A DNA stretch of 52,944 bases from Minisyncoccota bacterium (lineage in GTDB: Bacteria > Patescibacteriota > Minisyncoccia > Phycocordibacterales > UBA918). The notes below the pieces were generated by a model. That model ran no database searches. It had not been told where the DNA came from and saw only the letters and a program-made list of their open reading frames with translations. Shown here piece after piece: positions 36,992 through 45,243 of this stretch; within the stretch, counting starts at the first letter, position 1; every line of letters starts with the position of its first letter. Position numbers and translations under genes: made by a program. Location: the NCBI GenBank assembly GCA_937975855.1, contig CALJTT010000005.1:1-52944 (forward strand), read 5' to 3'.

Positions 36992-38098
36992 ATGTTTGAA
37001 TCGCTCTCGTCCTTTGTAGCCACATATGTACCAATTACCCACGTCACTTTGCCTATGTTTGGGGTAGTAGACGTACATAAATTAATAGTAGCCGTTGCTG
37101 TTTTTCTGGTTCTGTCCGCTTTGTTTTGGTTTTTGCGGATGATCTTGTTGGTGCGGTTGGAGACATTGGCAGGGCGCACCGTTCGGAAATTCGACGACAC
37201 AGTGGTCGAGGCGATTCGGTCGATTCGACCCTGGGTCTACGTTTTGGTGTCCTTGTACGCCGCGCTGTCACTGTATGAGATGCCGGATACATTTGGACGA
37301 GTTGTTACGGGAGCGTTGTTGTTGGCGTTTGTGTGGCAGGCGATTCAAGTTGTGCGATGTTTCATTTCTTACACAGTTACTAATTACTTAGAGAAGGACG
37401 AGGACGGTGACGGGGAAGTTGACCCAGCATCAGCCACGATGTCGCATCTGGTCACGTTGATAGCTCAGATTTTGTTGTGGGTGGTTGGAATTATATTTGT
37501 TTTGTCGAACATCGGTGTCGAAGTTACTTCATTGATCGCTGGGTTAGGGATTGGCGGGATCGCGGTGGCGTTTGCGCTGCAGGGAGTTTTATCTGACCTG
37601 TTTGCTTCATTTTCGATTTACTTTGACAAGCCTTTTCGCATCGGTGACTTTATTGTTGTCGGATCAGACTCGGGTACGGTCGAGAACATCGGGGTAAAGT
37701 CCACACGATTGCGAACCTTGCAGGGTGAAGAGTTGGTGATCAGTAACGCCGAACTTACAACCGCTCGTGTTCAAAATTTTAAAAAGATGAACGAACGACG
37801 TGTTTCTTCCGAAGTTGGCATTACATACGAAACACCGCAAGAACGAGTCCGAGAGGTGAACGGAATTGTGGAACGAATCTTTGCTGACATGGAAGGGGTG
37901 CGGTTTGATCGCACGCACCTCAAAAGTTTTGGTGACAGTGCGCTTATTTTTGAGATTGTTTACCATGTAGAGACTTCTAATTATGCTGAGTTCATGGATG
38001 TTCAACAGCAGTTCAACTTTACCTTGATGGAACGGTTTGCCGAGGTTGGTATCGAGTTCGCCTACCCAACGCAGACTATTTACCACAAAGCGGCATAA
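36992..38098 (+). CDS. mscS: MscS mechanosensitive channel
   Basis: GLGIGGIAVAFALQ, DKPFRIGDFI, GIEFAYPT. Confidence 0.95.
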   Translation: MFESLSSFVATYVPITHVTLPMFGVVDVHKLIVAVAVFLVLSALFWFLRMILLVRLETLAGRTVRKFDDTVVEAIRSIRPWVYVLVSLYAALSLYEMPDTFGRVVTGALLLAFVWQAIQVVRCFISYTVTNYLEKDEDGDGEVDPASATMSHLVTLIAQILLWVVGIIFVLSNIGVEVTSLIAGLGIGGIAVAFALQGVLSDLFASFSIYFDKPFRIGDFIVVGSDSGTVENIGVKSTRLRTLQGEELVISNAELTTARVQNFKKMNERRVSSEVGITYETPQERVREVNGIVERIFADMEGVRFDRTHLKSFGDSALIFEIVYHVETSNYAEFMDVQQQFNFTLMERFAEVGIEFAYPTQTIYHKAA

Positions 38099-38157
38099 GT
38101 CTAGATGGATAAAAGAAAAGGCGCGCCCCGCGGGCGCGCCTTTTCTTGTTGCTTTGT

Positions 38158-39240
38158 TTAATTTCCTTCTTGCAAGATGGCTAGTAGGAATGGTGTGAGA
38201 GTCTCTTCGAACACTTGTGATCGGATTGCCAGATTGCCTCCCAGGTGCCCATCAAGTGAAAATCCAGTTTCTTCCTCGATTGTCATCTCAACGTGCGACA
38301 GAGTTATGGCTCGCAGGCTGCCTGGTCCGTCTGTGGCGTCGTCACCGCGGGTTACGATCATTCCGATAACGTTCCCATCAGCGTCAAGCACTGGCCCTCC
38401 AGAGGCGCCCTCAGCACCCACAACACTGCCTCGGATTGAGAACACATCAGCTCGGTTTGATCCAAATGTATATAGTTCAGAAATACTAGTGTCTGCCCGC
38501 CTCGGGATCAGATCGGTGGCCGCTCCTCCTCGCAACAAGTCACCGGCTGGGTAGCCCGCAGCAACAACGTCAGAATTTCTGTCATTAGTTGAAAGGAATT
38601 CGGTAGAGTAAGGCAGGGCAGGGAAGGCAGCTGGAAGTGGCAGTCCACTGATTGTCCCGTCTACATACAGCAAAGCATAGTCACGCTCTCCGGTGCCAGT
38701 TGGAACAGCGTCGTTTAGTACAGAGGCGTTTTCCTGCACCCAGGCTGGAGGAATGTATAGCAGGGCAGCAGTGTACATCGCGCTGGCTGGGTTGCCAGAA
38801 CGGATGACGCATTCCGCCTCGCCATAGTCGTCGGTTGCCGCCAAGAGCAGGAACTGCGCCACATGTGCGTTGGTCATGATGACTCCGTCTGGGTCGATAA
38901 AGAAACCAGTTCCGGTGGTGGTGCGAATCTGTGTCTCAGTCCGGAACGTACAAAAAATATTCACCGTTGCATCCAGAGGGTCGCTGGTGGTCGGGTCGCT
39001 CAAACCAACCGCGTTCCCAACCGCAGCTTGTTGGTAAGCGGCGCTTTTTAAAAGAATATCAGGAATAGAAGATAGACGACTCGGAAGTTCGTTCATGAAC
39101 GACCCCTGATTCGATTCTTCCACCATCGCTGATGGCGCGCTGTCGTCGCTAAATAAGTTTGTAATACCACCGGCGAGGGAGTTGGTTAAGGCAACGTAGC
39201 CAGTAAGTATCCCAATAAAAAGATCAGAAATAAATGACAT
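38158..39240 (-). CDS. Trypsin-like (S1) serine protease, exported
   Basis: TNAHV, DYALL, GASGGP catalytic triad motifs. Confidence 0.88.
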   Translation of the reverse strand: MSFISDLFIGILTGYVALTNSLAGGITNLFSDDSAPSAMVEESNQGSFMNELPSRLSSIPDILLKSAAYQQAAVGNAVGLSDPTTSDPLDATVNIFCTFRTETQIRTTTGTGFFIDPDGVIMTNAHVAQFLLLAATDDYGEAECVIRSGNPASAMYTAALLYIPPAWVQENASVLNDAVPTGTGERDYALLYVDGTISGLPLPAAFPALPYSTEFLSTNDRNSDVVAAGYPAGDLLRGGAATDLIPRRADTSISELYTFGSNRADVFSIRGSVVGAEGASGGPVLDADGNVIGMIVTRGDDATDGPGSLRAITLSHVEMTIEEETGFSLDGHLGGNLAIRSQVFEETLTPFLLAILQEGN

Positions 39241-39315
39241 ATGTGAAAGTATAACATCGAGAACTCTTGTTTATTTACCACAATTTGTTTATACTCTCGA
39301 TCACATATTCTAATC

Positions 39316-39386
39316 GCGGGATTAGTTAAATGGTATAACATCTGCCTTCCAAGCAGAGGTCAGGAGTTCGATTCCCCTATCCCGCA
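39316..39386 (+). tRNA. tRNA-Gly (TCC), integration target
   Basis: Cloverleaf; TCTGC-CTTCCAA-GCAGA anticodon arm. Confidence 0.96.
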
Positions 39387-40841
39387 CATCATCGAAAAAC
39401 TAGCATCAGAAGGGGTGTTTGCTAGTAAGTCATACGGACTTTTAACCTTAGTTTCCAATACTTTTCTATCTTTCAGCGAACCGTTCGATAGTACTTCGTA
39501 GGCTATTTCTCGCTTCCGCTTTGGCGATGCCTTCACATACCTAGATTTGGCCCTATTGCTGAACAAAAACAGGTTTTTCGTCCGTTCGAGAGTGACGTAC
39601 GGGTCTTGGTGGTTCTGCTTCATTTGTTGCAAATTTTGCTCGAGTGACAACTTTGCCAGTTTAATTTCTTTTTGCTTTTCGTCGTAGATTGTCTGGTCGA
39701 TATTGCTAGCCAGAAAGGCATCAAGTAGTCGACCTTCCTTTTCTTTGATGGCAGTGATTTCAGTTTCAAGGTTTGCTAAGACCTCAGTATTGAACGTGTC
39801 TTCATGCTCAACCTTTTCTTTGGCTGCTTGGTACATGAGTTCAATTAACTCTTCGTCAAACTTGATATCGTCAAATATCTGCACAAACTGCTCTTCCAGT
39901 TTCTCTTGTCTTAAGAATAATTTCTTCTGGTCGCAGATACCTTTCCCATTAGTGCAGTGATAATACGTGTAGCCTTTTTGTACCTCTGCGGTAACGGCAC
40001 ACCCACAGACACCGCAGGTAAATAGTCCAGTTAGCGGGAAGAGGTGTTTTTGTTTGCGAGGTTTCGCACCACCCGTCATTACCTCTTGGCAAGTTTCAAA
40101 CTTGTCTTTGGTTGTCATGGTCGGACAGGCTGATTTGTAATAGTTACCACCGTAACGAATTATTCCGTGGTAAATAGGGTTCTGCAAAATGTGACGTACG
40201 GTACCAGGATGTACTTTTTTGCCAGCAGTGGTTCGCAAACCTCTTTGATATAATTCAGCAGCTAATTCCTTAAAACTGTATCTACCAGTTGAATAGAGGT
40301 CGAACATTATCTGCACGTACTTGCTACGCACAGGGTCGAGTATAAGTGTCTTGTCGGCTTTGTTATTTAGATAGCCAAATGGTGCGTAGCAGGGGTAGCC
40401 ACCTTGGTTTAGTTTCTCTCGATTTCCCCGTTTGACATTCTCAGACAGGTCTCGCGAAAATTGGTTTGCCACACCAAGTTCAAACAACATCAGATAGACA
40501 GGTTCACTAGGTAGGTATTCCTTACTGGGAGTCTGGATACTTTTTATGACTGACTGTTGCAACAGGTCAATTACCAAACCACCATCGACTAAGTTTCGAG
40601 CTAGTCTGTCCAGTTTCCACACCAACAACCCGTCAGCTTTACCAGACTGAATACGATTCATCACTTCAGCAAACACTGGCCTGCCAATTGTTTTAGCAGA
40701 GCGGCTTTCATGGTGGACTTCAGATATTTCAAGATTATTTCTAGCTGCATACTCACGCAACTCTCGCTCTTGTGCATCCAGTGATTGAACTTGTCTGTCT
40801 TCAGATTCTTGTGATTTTCGGCAGTATAAGATGTATTTCAT
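39360..40841 (-). CDS. Large serine recombinase (integrase); last codons are antisense to the tRNA
   Basis: YCRKS catalytic Ser, LDRLARN, APFGY, CGVCG...YYHC Zn ribbon, coiled coil. Confidence 0.95.
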   Translation of the reverse strand: MKYILYCRKSQESEDRQVQSLDAQERELREYAARNNLEISEVHHESRSAKTIGRPVFAEVMNRIQSGKADGLLVWKLDRLARNLVDGGLVIDLLQQSVIKSIQTPSKEYLPSEPVYLMLFELGVANQFSRDLSENVKRGNREKLNQGGYPCYAPFGYLNNKADKTLILDPVRSKYVQIMFDLYSTGRYSFKELAAELYQRGLRTTAGKKVHPGTVRHILQNPIYHGIIRYGGNYYKSACPTMTTKDKFETCQEVMTGGAKPRKQKHLFPLTGLFTCGVCGCAVTAEVQKGYTYYHCTNGKGICDQKKLFLRQEKLEEQFVQIFDDIKFDEELIELMYQAAKEKVEHEDTFNTEVLANLETEITAIKEKEGRLLDAFLASNIDQTIYDEKQKEIKLAKLSLEQNLQQMKQNHQDPYVTLERTKNLFLFSNRAKSRYVKASPKRKREIAYEVLSNGSLKDRKVLETKVKSPYDLLANTPSDASFSMMCGIGESNS

Positions 40842-40860
40842 ATGATAACGATCGTTAGCA

Positions 40861-41688
40861 TTACGTCACAGTATATAAACTTCGTAATTCTTGCAACTGG
40901 TTAGTATCTAGATTGTATGTTGCATGAAATGTTGGGTTCTCAACTACTGGTCTGTCTTCGTTTGGTTTAGTTATGTATGCGTACATAGGTTTATAGTCTG
41001 ATAGATAATCCATAATCTCTCCCGCTATGTGTTCATAGGAAACTATCTCAGGTTTATACAGACCTCTACTAGAGAAGTATTTCTTTCGCCCGATAAGACG
41101 TTTATCCAGCGCGTCTTTAGTCAGATACTTTGTCATGTACAACTCAACGTTTGGGACGTTAGTAATATTCTTCTTTTTGATAAAACCCTGCTCCCACAAT
41201 GCTGCAAATTCACCCGTTAAGTATTCATGACGAGCGTTAATCATTGGTAAGTTAAAGAATGCTGCATGGTAGTGAACTGCACCTCGGTCTTGGAATTCTG
41301 GTACGACAACATATTTCACGACGCACTCTTTCGTGCCAAAAGTGTGATAGTTGAGTCGTTTGATGTAATTGGTGAATAATGGATTAGCTTCCTGGACGGT
41401 TTTAATATTTTCGTGGATGGTATAGGTAATAAATTGAGGTTTAATAACTACATCTTGTTCATCTTTCCACATTCGTGCATTAGCATTCACTAGACGTATC
41501 AGAGCATTTTTTGTACGACTCAATGAACTAGCGGTAATTTCTTGCTCATGTAAGGCACGACGTTTCCGATATGGCGCCTGTTTTCTGCTTGATTCCAAGT
41601 TAAACCCAACAGGCTTGGCAAACTGCTGTGCTTCTACGATGTGGCCAGAAATGATTATTTTGTAATAACTAACTCTTGCTCTGCTCAT
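40861..41688 (-). CDS. HUH rolling-circle replication initiator
   Basis: Motif I FITYT, motif II EFQDRGAVHYH, motif III YMTKYLTK; likely start MSRAR. Confidence 0.85.
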   Translation of the reverse strand: MSRARVSYYKIIISGHIVEAQQFAKPVGFNLESSRKQAPYRKRRALHEQEITASSLSRTKNALIRLVNANARMWKDEQDVVIKPQFITYTIHENIKTVQEANPLFTNYIKRLNYHTFGTKECVVKYVVVPEFQDRGAVHYHAAFFNLPMINARHEYLTGEFAALWEQGFIKKKNITNVPNVELYMTKYLTKDALDKRLIGRKKYFSSRGLYKPEIVSYEHIAGEIMDYLSDYKPMYAYITKPNEDRPVVENPTFHATYNLDTNQLQELRSLYTVT

Positions 41689-41704
41689 GAATGGTGTCGA
41701 ATTA

Positions 41705-41810
41705 TGTGTATATAAAATCAAGTCACTTTCTGCTCCGCAGAAAGGCCGTCGTGCGGCCTTTCGCCTCACCCCTTTCGGGGGTGAGGGCGAGGCGAAGGCC
41801 GACCGCGACC
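41705..41810 (-). other. Putative double-strand origin
   Basis: GC-rich hairpins next to GACTTGAT (41717-41724), similar to phiX174/pC194 CTTGAT nick sites; directly upstream of rep. Confidence 0.5.
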
Positions 41811-41960
41811 ACCACCCACCTCTTTCGGGAAGGAAAATGACGTGTAGAGTTGCGCAAATGACGCCAAGTGAGACTGCGCCCGCTCGACAGACACAGCAAT
41901 ACCGCACCTTCGTTGCAGGTATTGCTGATATCTCTCTACGAGTGCGTGACTAAACTCCAT
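41766..41960 (-). CDS. Small element protein (64 aa), possible accessory/directionality factor
   Basis: Helical N-terminal ~45 aa; co-oriented upstream of rep and int. Confidence 0.55.
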   Translation of the reverse strand: MEFSHALVERYQQYLQRRCGIAVSVERAQSHLASFAQLYTSFSFPKEVGGGRGRPSPRPHPRKG

Positions 41961-42028
41961 GTTGCCACCATATAAAAAAGGCCGTACAAAGGGTACGGAA
42001 CAGATATGGAATTATTCTGCAATTAAAA

Positions 42029-42868
42029 TTAACCTTTTAAATCAAGGTAATAACCGTATCCTGTTTCACTCTTGATAATGTCTTCATTAAGACGTTCTTT
42101 AACTGGAAGGATGCCAAGACGTTGTTTAATGTTGCGAATAACTACAGTGAGCGATTCTTTATCGGGTTTAGTCACTTTTTCTACACCTGGCTTGAGACAT
42201 CTAATAAGGTCTAGGTATGGCGTACGATAATTATCAGATGTATACAGTTCAGCAATCACCCGAAATTCTTGCGAAGTAACATTAAAACTACTGGTAACGT
42301 TGCCTAAATTAAAATCTCCAGTCTCTAGGTTTAAAGCAAACACATCTTGTGATTTTATTTCTTCTACTGGTTGAGATGTAGCTAGGGCACTGACTAGCTC
42401 TAGATGTAGATTTTTGATTTCACGTACATACGAATCACGCTCACCTTCGAACCAATGCAAATATGACTTTAGTTGCTCGGTACGCTCTCGTTTAGTGAAA
42501 AATTCATGACCATTGAGCCACTTTTTCATTCGAGGATGATCTTTTCCCCAAATAAGAAGTAGCGCTACAGGGTCTTGCTGTTCATCTGGTTCGTGGCTGT
42601 TCCAGTAGTGTTTGATTGGCAGATACACCCGAACATAAGACATTATAAAATAAGCCTGATGAAAATTAGATTGTTCGACTTTGATGTTATCTGTATTCAG
42701 TTGAACTTTGCGATAAAAATCCTTCTCTTCAGCATCAAGAACTGCCTTTAACTGTGGGGTGTCGAGTATGAATTTTATGTACCCGTGGATGTGTTTGTAA
42801 TAATCGGTATCTGACTGACTTTCCTCAATAGCCTGCAGCCGTCTATCCAGAAGATTAACTAATTCCAT
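42029..42868 (-). CDS. Hypothetical protein with C-terminal OmpR-like winged helix
   Basis: LTVVIRNIKQRL...IKSETGYGYYL; overlaps the XRE stop codon. Confidence 0.65.
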   Translation of the reverse strand: MELVNLLDRRLQAIEESQSDTDYYKHIHGYIKFILDTPQLKAVLDAEEKDFYRKVQLNTDNIKVEQSNFHQAYFIMSYVRVYLPIKHYWNSHEPDEQQDPVALLLIWGKDHPRMKKWLNGHEFFTKRERTEQLKSYLHWFEGERDSYVREIKNLHLELVSALATSQPVEEIKSQDVFALNLETGDFNLGNVTSSFNVTSQEFRVIAELYTSDNYRTPYLDLIRCLKPGVEKVTKPDKESLTVVIRNIKQRLGILPVKERLNEDIIKSETGYGYYLDLKG

Positions 42869-43074
42869 TACACCAAATCTTTAATGTCTACCTTAAGAGC
42901 CTTCGCAAATTTTTCCATACTGGTCAAAGTGATGTTTTTCTCACCTCGCTCAATCATCCCCACGTATGTTCGGTGTACGTTGGCCAGTTCACCAAGCCGT
43001 TCTTGAGAAAGATCGCGTTCATCACGCAGACTACGCACTCGTTTACCAAAGTTAGTTAGGATACGTGGTTTCAT
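42868..43074 (-). CDS. XRE-family HTH regulator (C-protein-like)
   Basis: LSQERLGELANVHRTYVGMIERGEKNITL. Confidence 0.92.
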   Translation of the reverse strand: MKPRILTNFGKRVRSLRDERDLSQERLGELANVHRTYVGMIERGEKNITLTSMEKFAKALKVDIKDLV

Positions 43075-43129
43075 TACATACAGGGTATGTAATTGCTAAC
43101 TTTGATTCTACATACTATAGTTAGCACAT

Positions 43130-43408
43130 ATGTACTGCTATGTTTATATTGTCCAATGCGCTAACGGTGGTTTGTATACAGGTATTACCAAGAATCTACG
43201 TAGGCGAATCAGGCAACACAACGGCATCACAAAAGGTGGTGCGTACTATACCCGCATGCATCGACCAGTTTTCTTTGTACATATCGAAAGATATCCGACT
43301 AGAAAAGCAGCAAGACTGAGGGAATTAGAGATACAGTCTTGGGGTCATGATGAAAAATTACTTTTATTGAAGCAAACAACTAAAGCAGAGGTGCTGGCGG
43401 CAATTTGA
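43130..43408 (+). CDS. GIY-YIG nuclease (UPF0213-like)
   Basis: YVYIV...LYTGIT...RIRQHN...GAYYT...E. Confidence 0.9.
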   Translation: MYCYVYIVQCANGGLYTGITKNLRRRIRQHNGITKGGAYYTRMHRPVFFVHIERYPTRKAARLRELEIQSWGHDEKLLLLKQTTKAEVLAAI

Positions 43409-43508
43409 ATACCTGATTTACTTTACATGTGTAAAAATATGTGCTATTATATTGCCAGCCTTGGGTAATATCCCAATGTTCCAACTACAACCAGCCTAGA
43501 GGTGTCCA

Positions 43509-43919
43509 ATGTCTAAAGTTGATTCCCGCAAGTTCACTGTGGTGACCTTCTATCGTCCAGGTTCTTTCTTCTCGGAAGAATCCACGCAAGAGGTCACAAC
43601 GCATGACCCGAAAGAAATTGCCAAACTGGCACCAGAACACTCATTTTGCTTCACCATTCGCGACTACGTGGCCAAAACGACCATTGTCGACGGCGAAGAG
43701 TTTGAAAAAACGGAAGCAGAAGGTGAATCCACCGGCCGCTTTTATATCGGCGGCAGTGTCTATACTGTCGACGAAATGAGGGCGCAATTTGGGGAAGATT
43801 CCGACAAGCGTATCCTTATTTCAAACATGGAAAGCAATGGTTGGCCAGCCGTTATTCAGTGCAAAACTGGAAACTGGCAGCCATTTGGTGAAAAGGACGA
43901 ACTTCTCGAAGCCGCCTAA
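43509..43919 (+). CDS. Hypothetical protein (136 aa)
   Basis: GAGGT SD and upstream promoter; inside the element. Confidence 0.7.
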   Translation: MSKVDSRKFTVVTFYRPGSFFSEESTQEVTTHDPKEIAKLAPEHSFCFTIRDYVAKTTIVDGEEFEKTEAEGESTGRFYIGGSVYTVDEMRAQFGEDSDKRILISNMESNGWPAVIQCKTGNWQPFGEKDELLEAA

Positions 43920-43966
43920 CAGCCCATAAGCGTAAGTCCCACGACTTCGTTTGTGGGCTGCTTTTG

Positions 43967-44012
43967 TTAAAATCTGCCCAAAACTGTTCGAACATCGTTG
44001 AACAGCCCGCAC
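43967..44012 (-). other. Orphaned 3' end of the integrase gene at the distal att site (CGLFNDVRTVLGRF*)
   Basis: In frame with the integrase after recombination at CCCGCAC. Confidence 0.75.
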
Positions 44013-44204
44013 CAATGAAAAGCGCCTCCGGGCGTTTTTCGTTTGGGCGGGATAAGCAAAGCATTGCTTTGCGTGGGGAATCGAAAAGAGTGAACATGTT
44101 GCGCGCAGCGAAGCGAGCACGACAGTGAACGGCGGGGTCGCGTAGCACAGTAGTTTGGAGACGAAGTCGAACAAAATACTGATGCGAAGGTGTTCGATTC
44201 CCCT
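44013..44204 (+). repeat. Displaced tRNA-Gly terminator plus palindromic trailer
   Basis: Terminator 44014-44044; inverted copies of the tRNA 3' end (44043-44054, 44075-44085); direct copy GTTCGATTCCCCT (44192-44204). Confidence 0.7.
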
Positions 44205-44220
44205 TTGTTATACTGACTAC

Positions 44221-44673
44221 ATGGAAACTATTACCTACCAGAACCTCACAACAACTGACGAGCTAGATATATTACTTGGCAAAGAATCAAGATATAAAGA
44301 TTTTCATTATCTCTATGAAACAGAAACGATTGATTTATTAAAGCGTAACTTCACACTAGTAAATGGTCTGTATCTGTTTGCATTGCACGATGCTGCTTTC
44401 GCTGGTTTCGTGTCCTGTGACACTGACTGGTGGGAACCCAATTGTTTTTTCTTGCGTGAGTTATTTGTCAGCCCAGATTTCCAAGGTCAAAAAATTGGTT
44501 TTACATTGGTACAAAAATGTATTGACCACGCCAAGCTACATAACGCGGAAAAGTTGATCACACAAACTGCTCACGAAAATATTCCAATGCAGACTCTTTG
44601 TGAATCGTTTGGTTTTAAAAAATGGGATAATCCACGTTGGGACGACGGCATTAATTACAAGTTATCTTTATAA
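44221..44673 (+). CDS. GNAT acetyltransferase
   Basis: LFVSPDFQGQKIG; N-x-x-M...FGF. Confidence 0.9.
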   Translation: METITYQNLTTTDELDILLGKESRYKDFHYLYETETIDLLKRNFTLVNGLYLFALHDAAFAGFVSCDTDWWEPNCFFLRELFVSPDFQGQKIGFTLVQKCIDHAKLHNAEKLITQTAHENIPMQTLCESFGFKKWDNPRWDDGINYKLSL

Positions 44674-44684
44674 ATAATTTACCC

Positions 44685-45194
44685 ATGAAAGATAACTTTG
44701 GAGCGGTCTGTGAAGAGGCGATTAGAATTCTGGTCGAGCACATGCCAACAGCGGACACTCTTATCAAACCAACTTTGCTGCACAGTATTAGAGTAGGTAC
44801 TTATCTATACAACAATAGATACTCCCAAAACATTGTTCTAGGTGGTTACCTCCACGACATAATCGAAGATACAGAAATAGATAACAAACTTATCGAAGAA
44901 AAATTTGGTAAGTCGGTTCTCGATATTGTCCTGGCTAATTCTAAAGATCCAAGCCTGGCTGAGGATACAAATCAAGAGTTGCTGCAAAGATGCCTTGCAT
45001 ACGGGGAGGATGCTTTGGTTGTAAAGACGGCTGATATTTTAGATAATTATAAATACTACAAAATAATCAATAGCCAAAAAGGTCTGGACGACTGTTCAAG
45101 AAATACTGAGTATCTTTTACAAATAGTCCCAGCCGATTTTGAGAGTGAGGTCTTTACAGAACTTAAGGAATTTCACGCTGACGTGAAGGACTAA
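44685..45194 (+). CDS. HD-domain protein, (p)ppGpp hydrolase-like (Mesh1/SAH)
   Basis: LHSIRVG, LHDIIEDT, VKTADILDN. Confidence 0.8.
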   Translation: MKDNFGAVCEEAIRILVEHMPTADTLIKPTLLHSIRVGTYLYNNRYSQNIVLGGYLHDIIEDTEIDNKLIEEKFGKSVLDIVLANSKDPSLAEDTNQELLQRCLAYGEDALVVKTADILDNYKYYKIINSQKGLDDCSRNTEYLLQIVPADFESEVFTELKEFHADVKD

Positions 45195-45243
45195 TTTTAC
45201 AGTCTTCGTGCCGGTGGTGTCTTTGGTCTGGTACAATTTCTGA

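Larger units (their letters stand above)
39381..44012. mobile_element. ~4.6-kb integrative rolling-circle-type element
   Basis: CCCGCAC direct repeats at 39381-39387 and 44006-44012; carries integrase, HUH Rep, XRE and GIY-YIG genes. Confidence 0.85.

Noticed and set aside
43821-44174. Minus-strand ORFs across the att trailer, and the many antisense ORFs in the track
   Set aside because: All three minus frames are open in this palindromic GC-rich stretch; the other ORFs shadow well-supported genes and have no motifs.
39366-44204. 13-bp repeat GTTCGATTCCCCT as the attL/attR pair
   Set aside because: Excision there would destroy the tRNA acceptor stem. The 7-bp CCCGCAC pair restores tRNA, CCA and terminator and gives a dyad attP.
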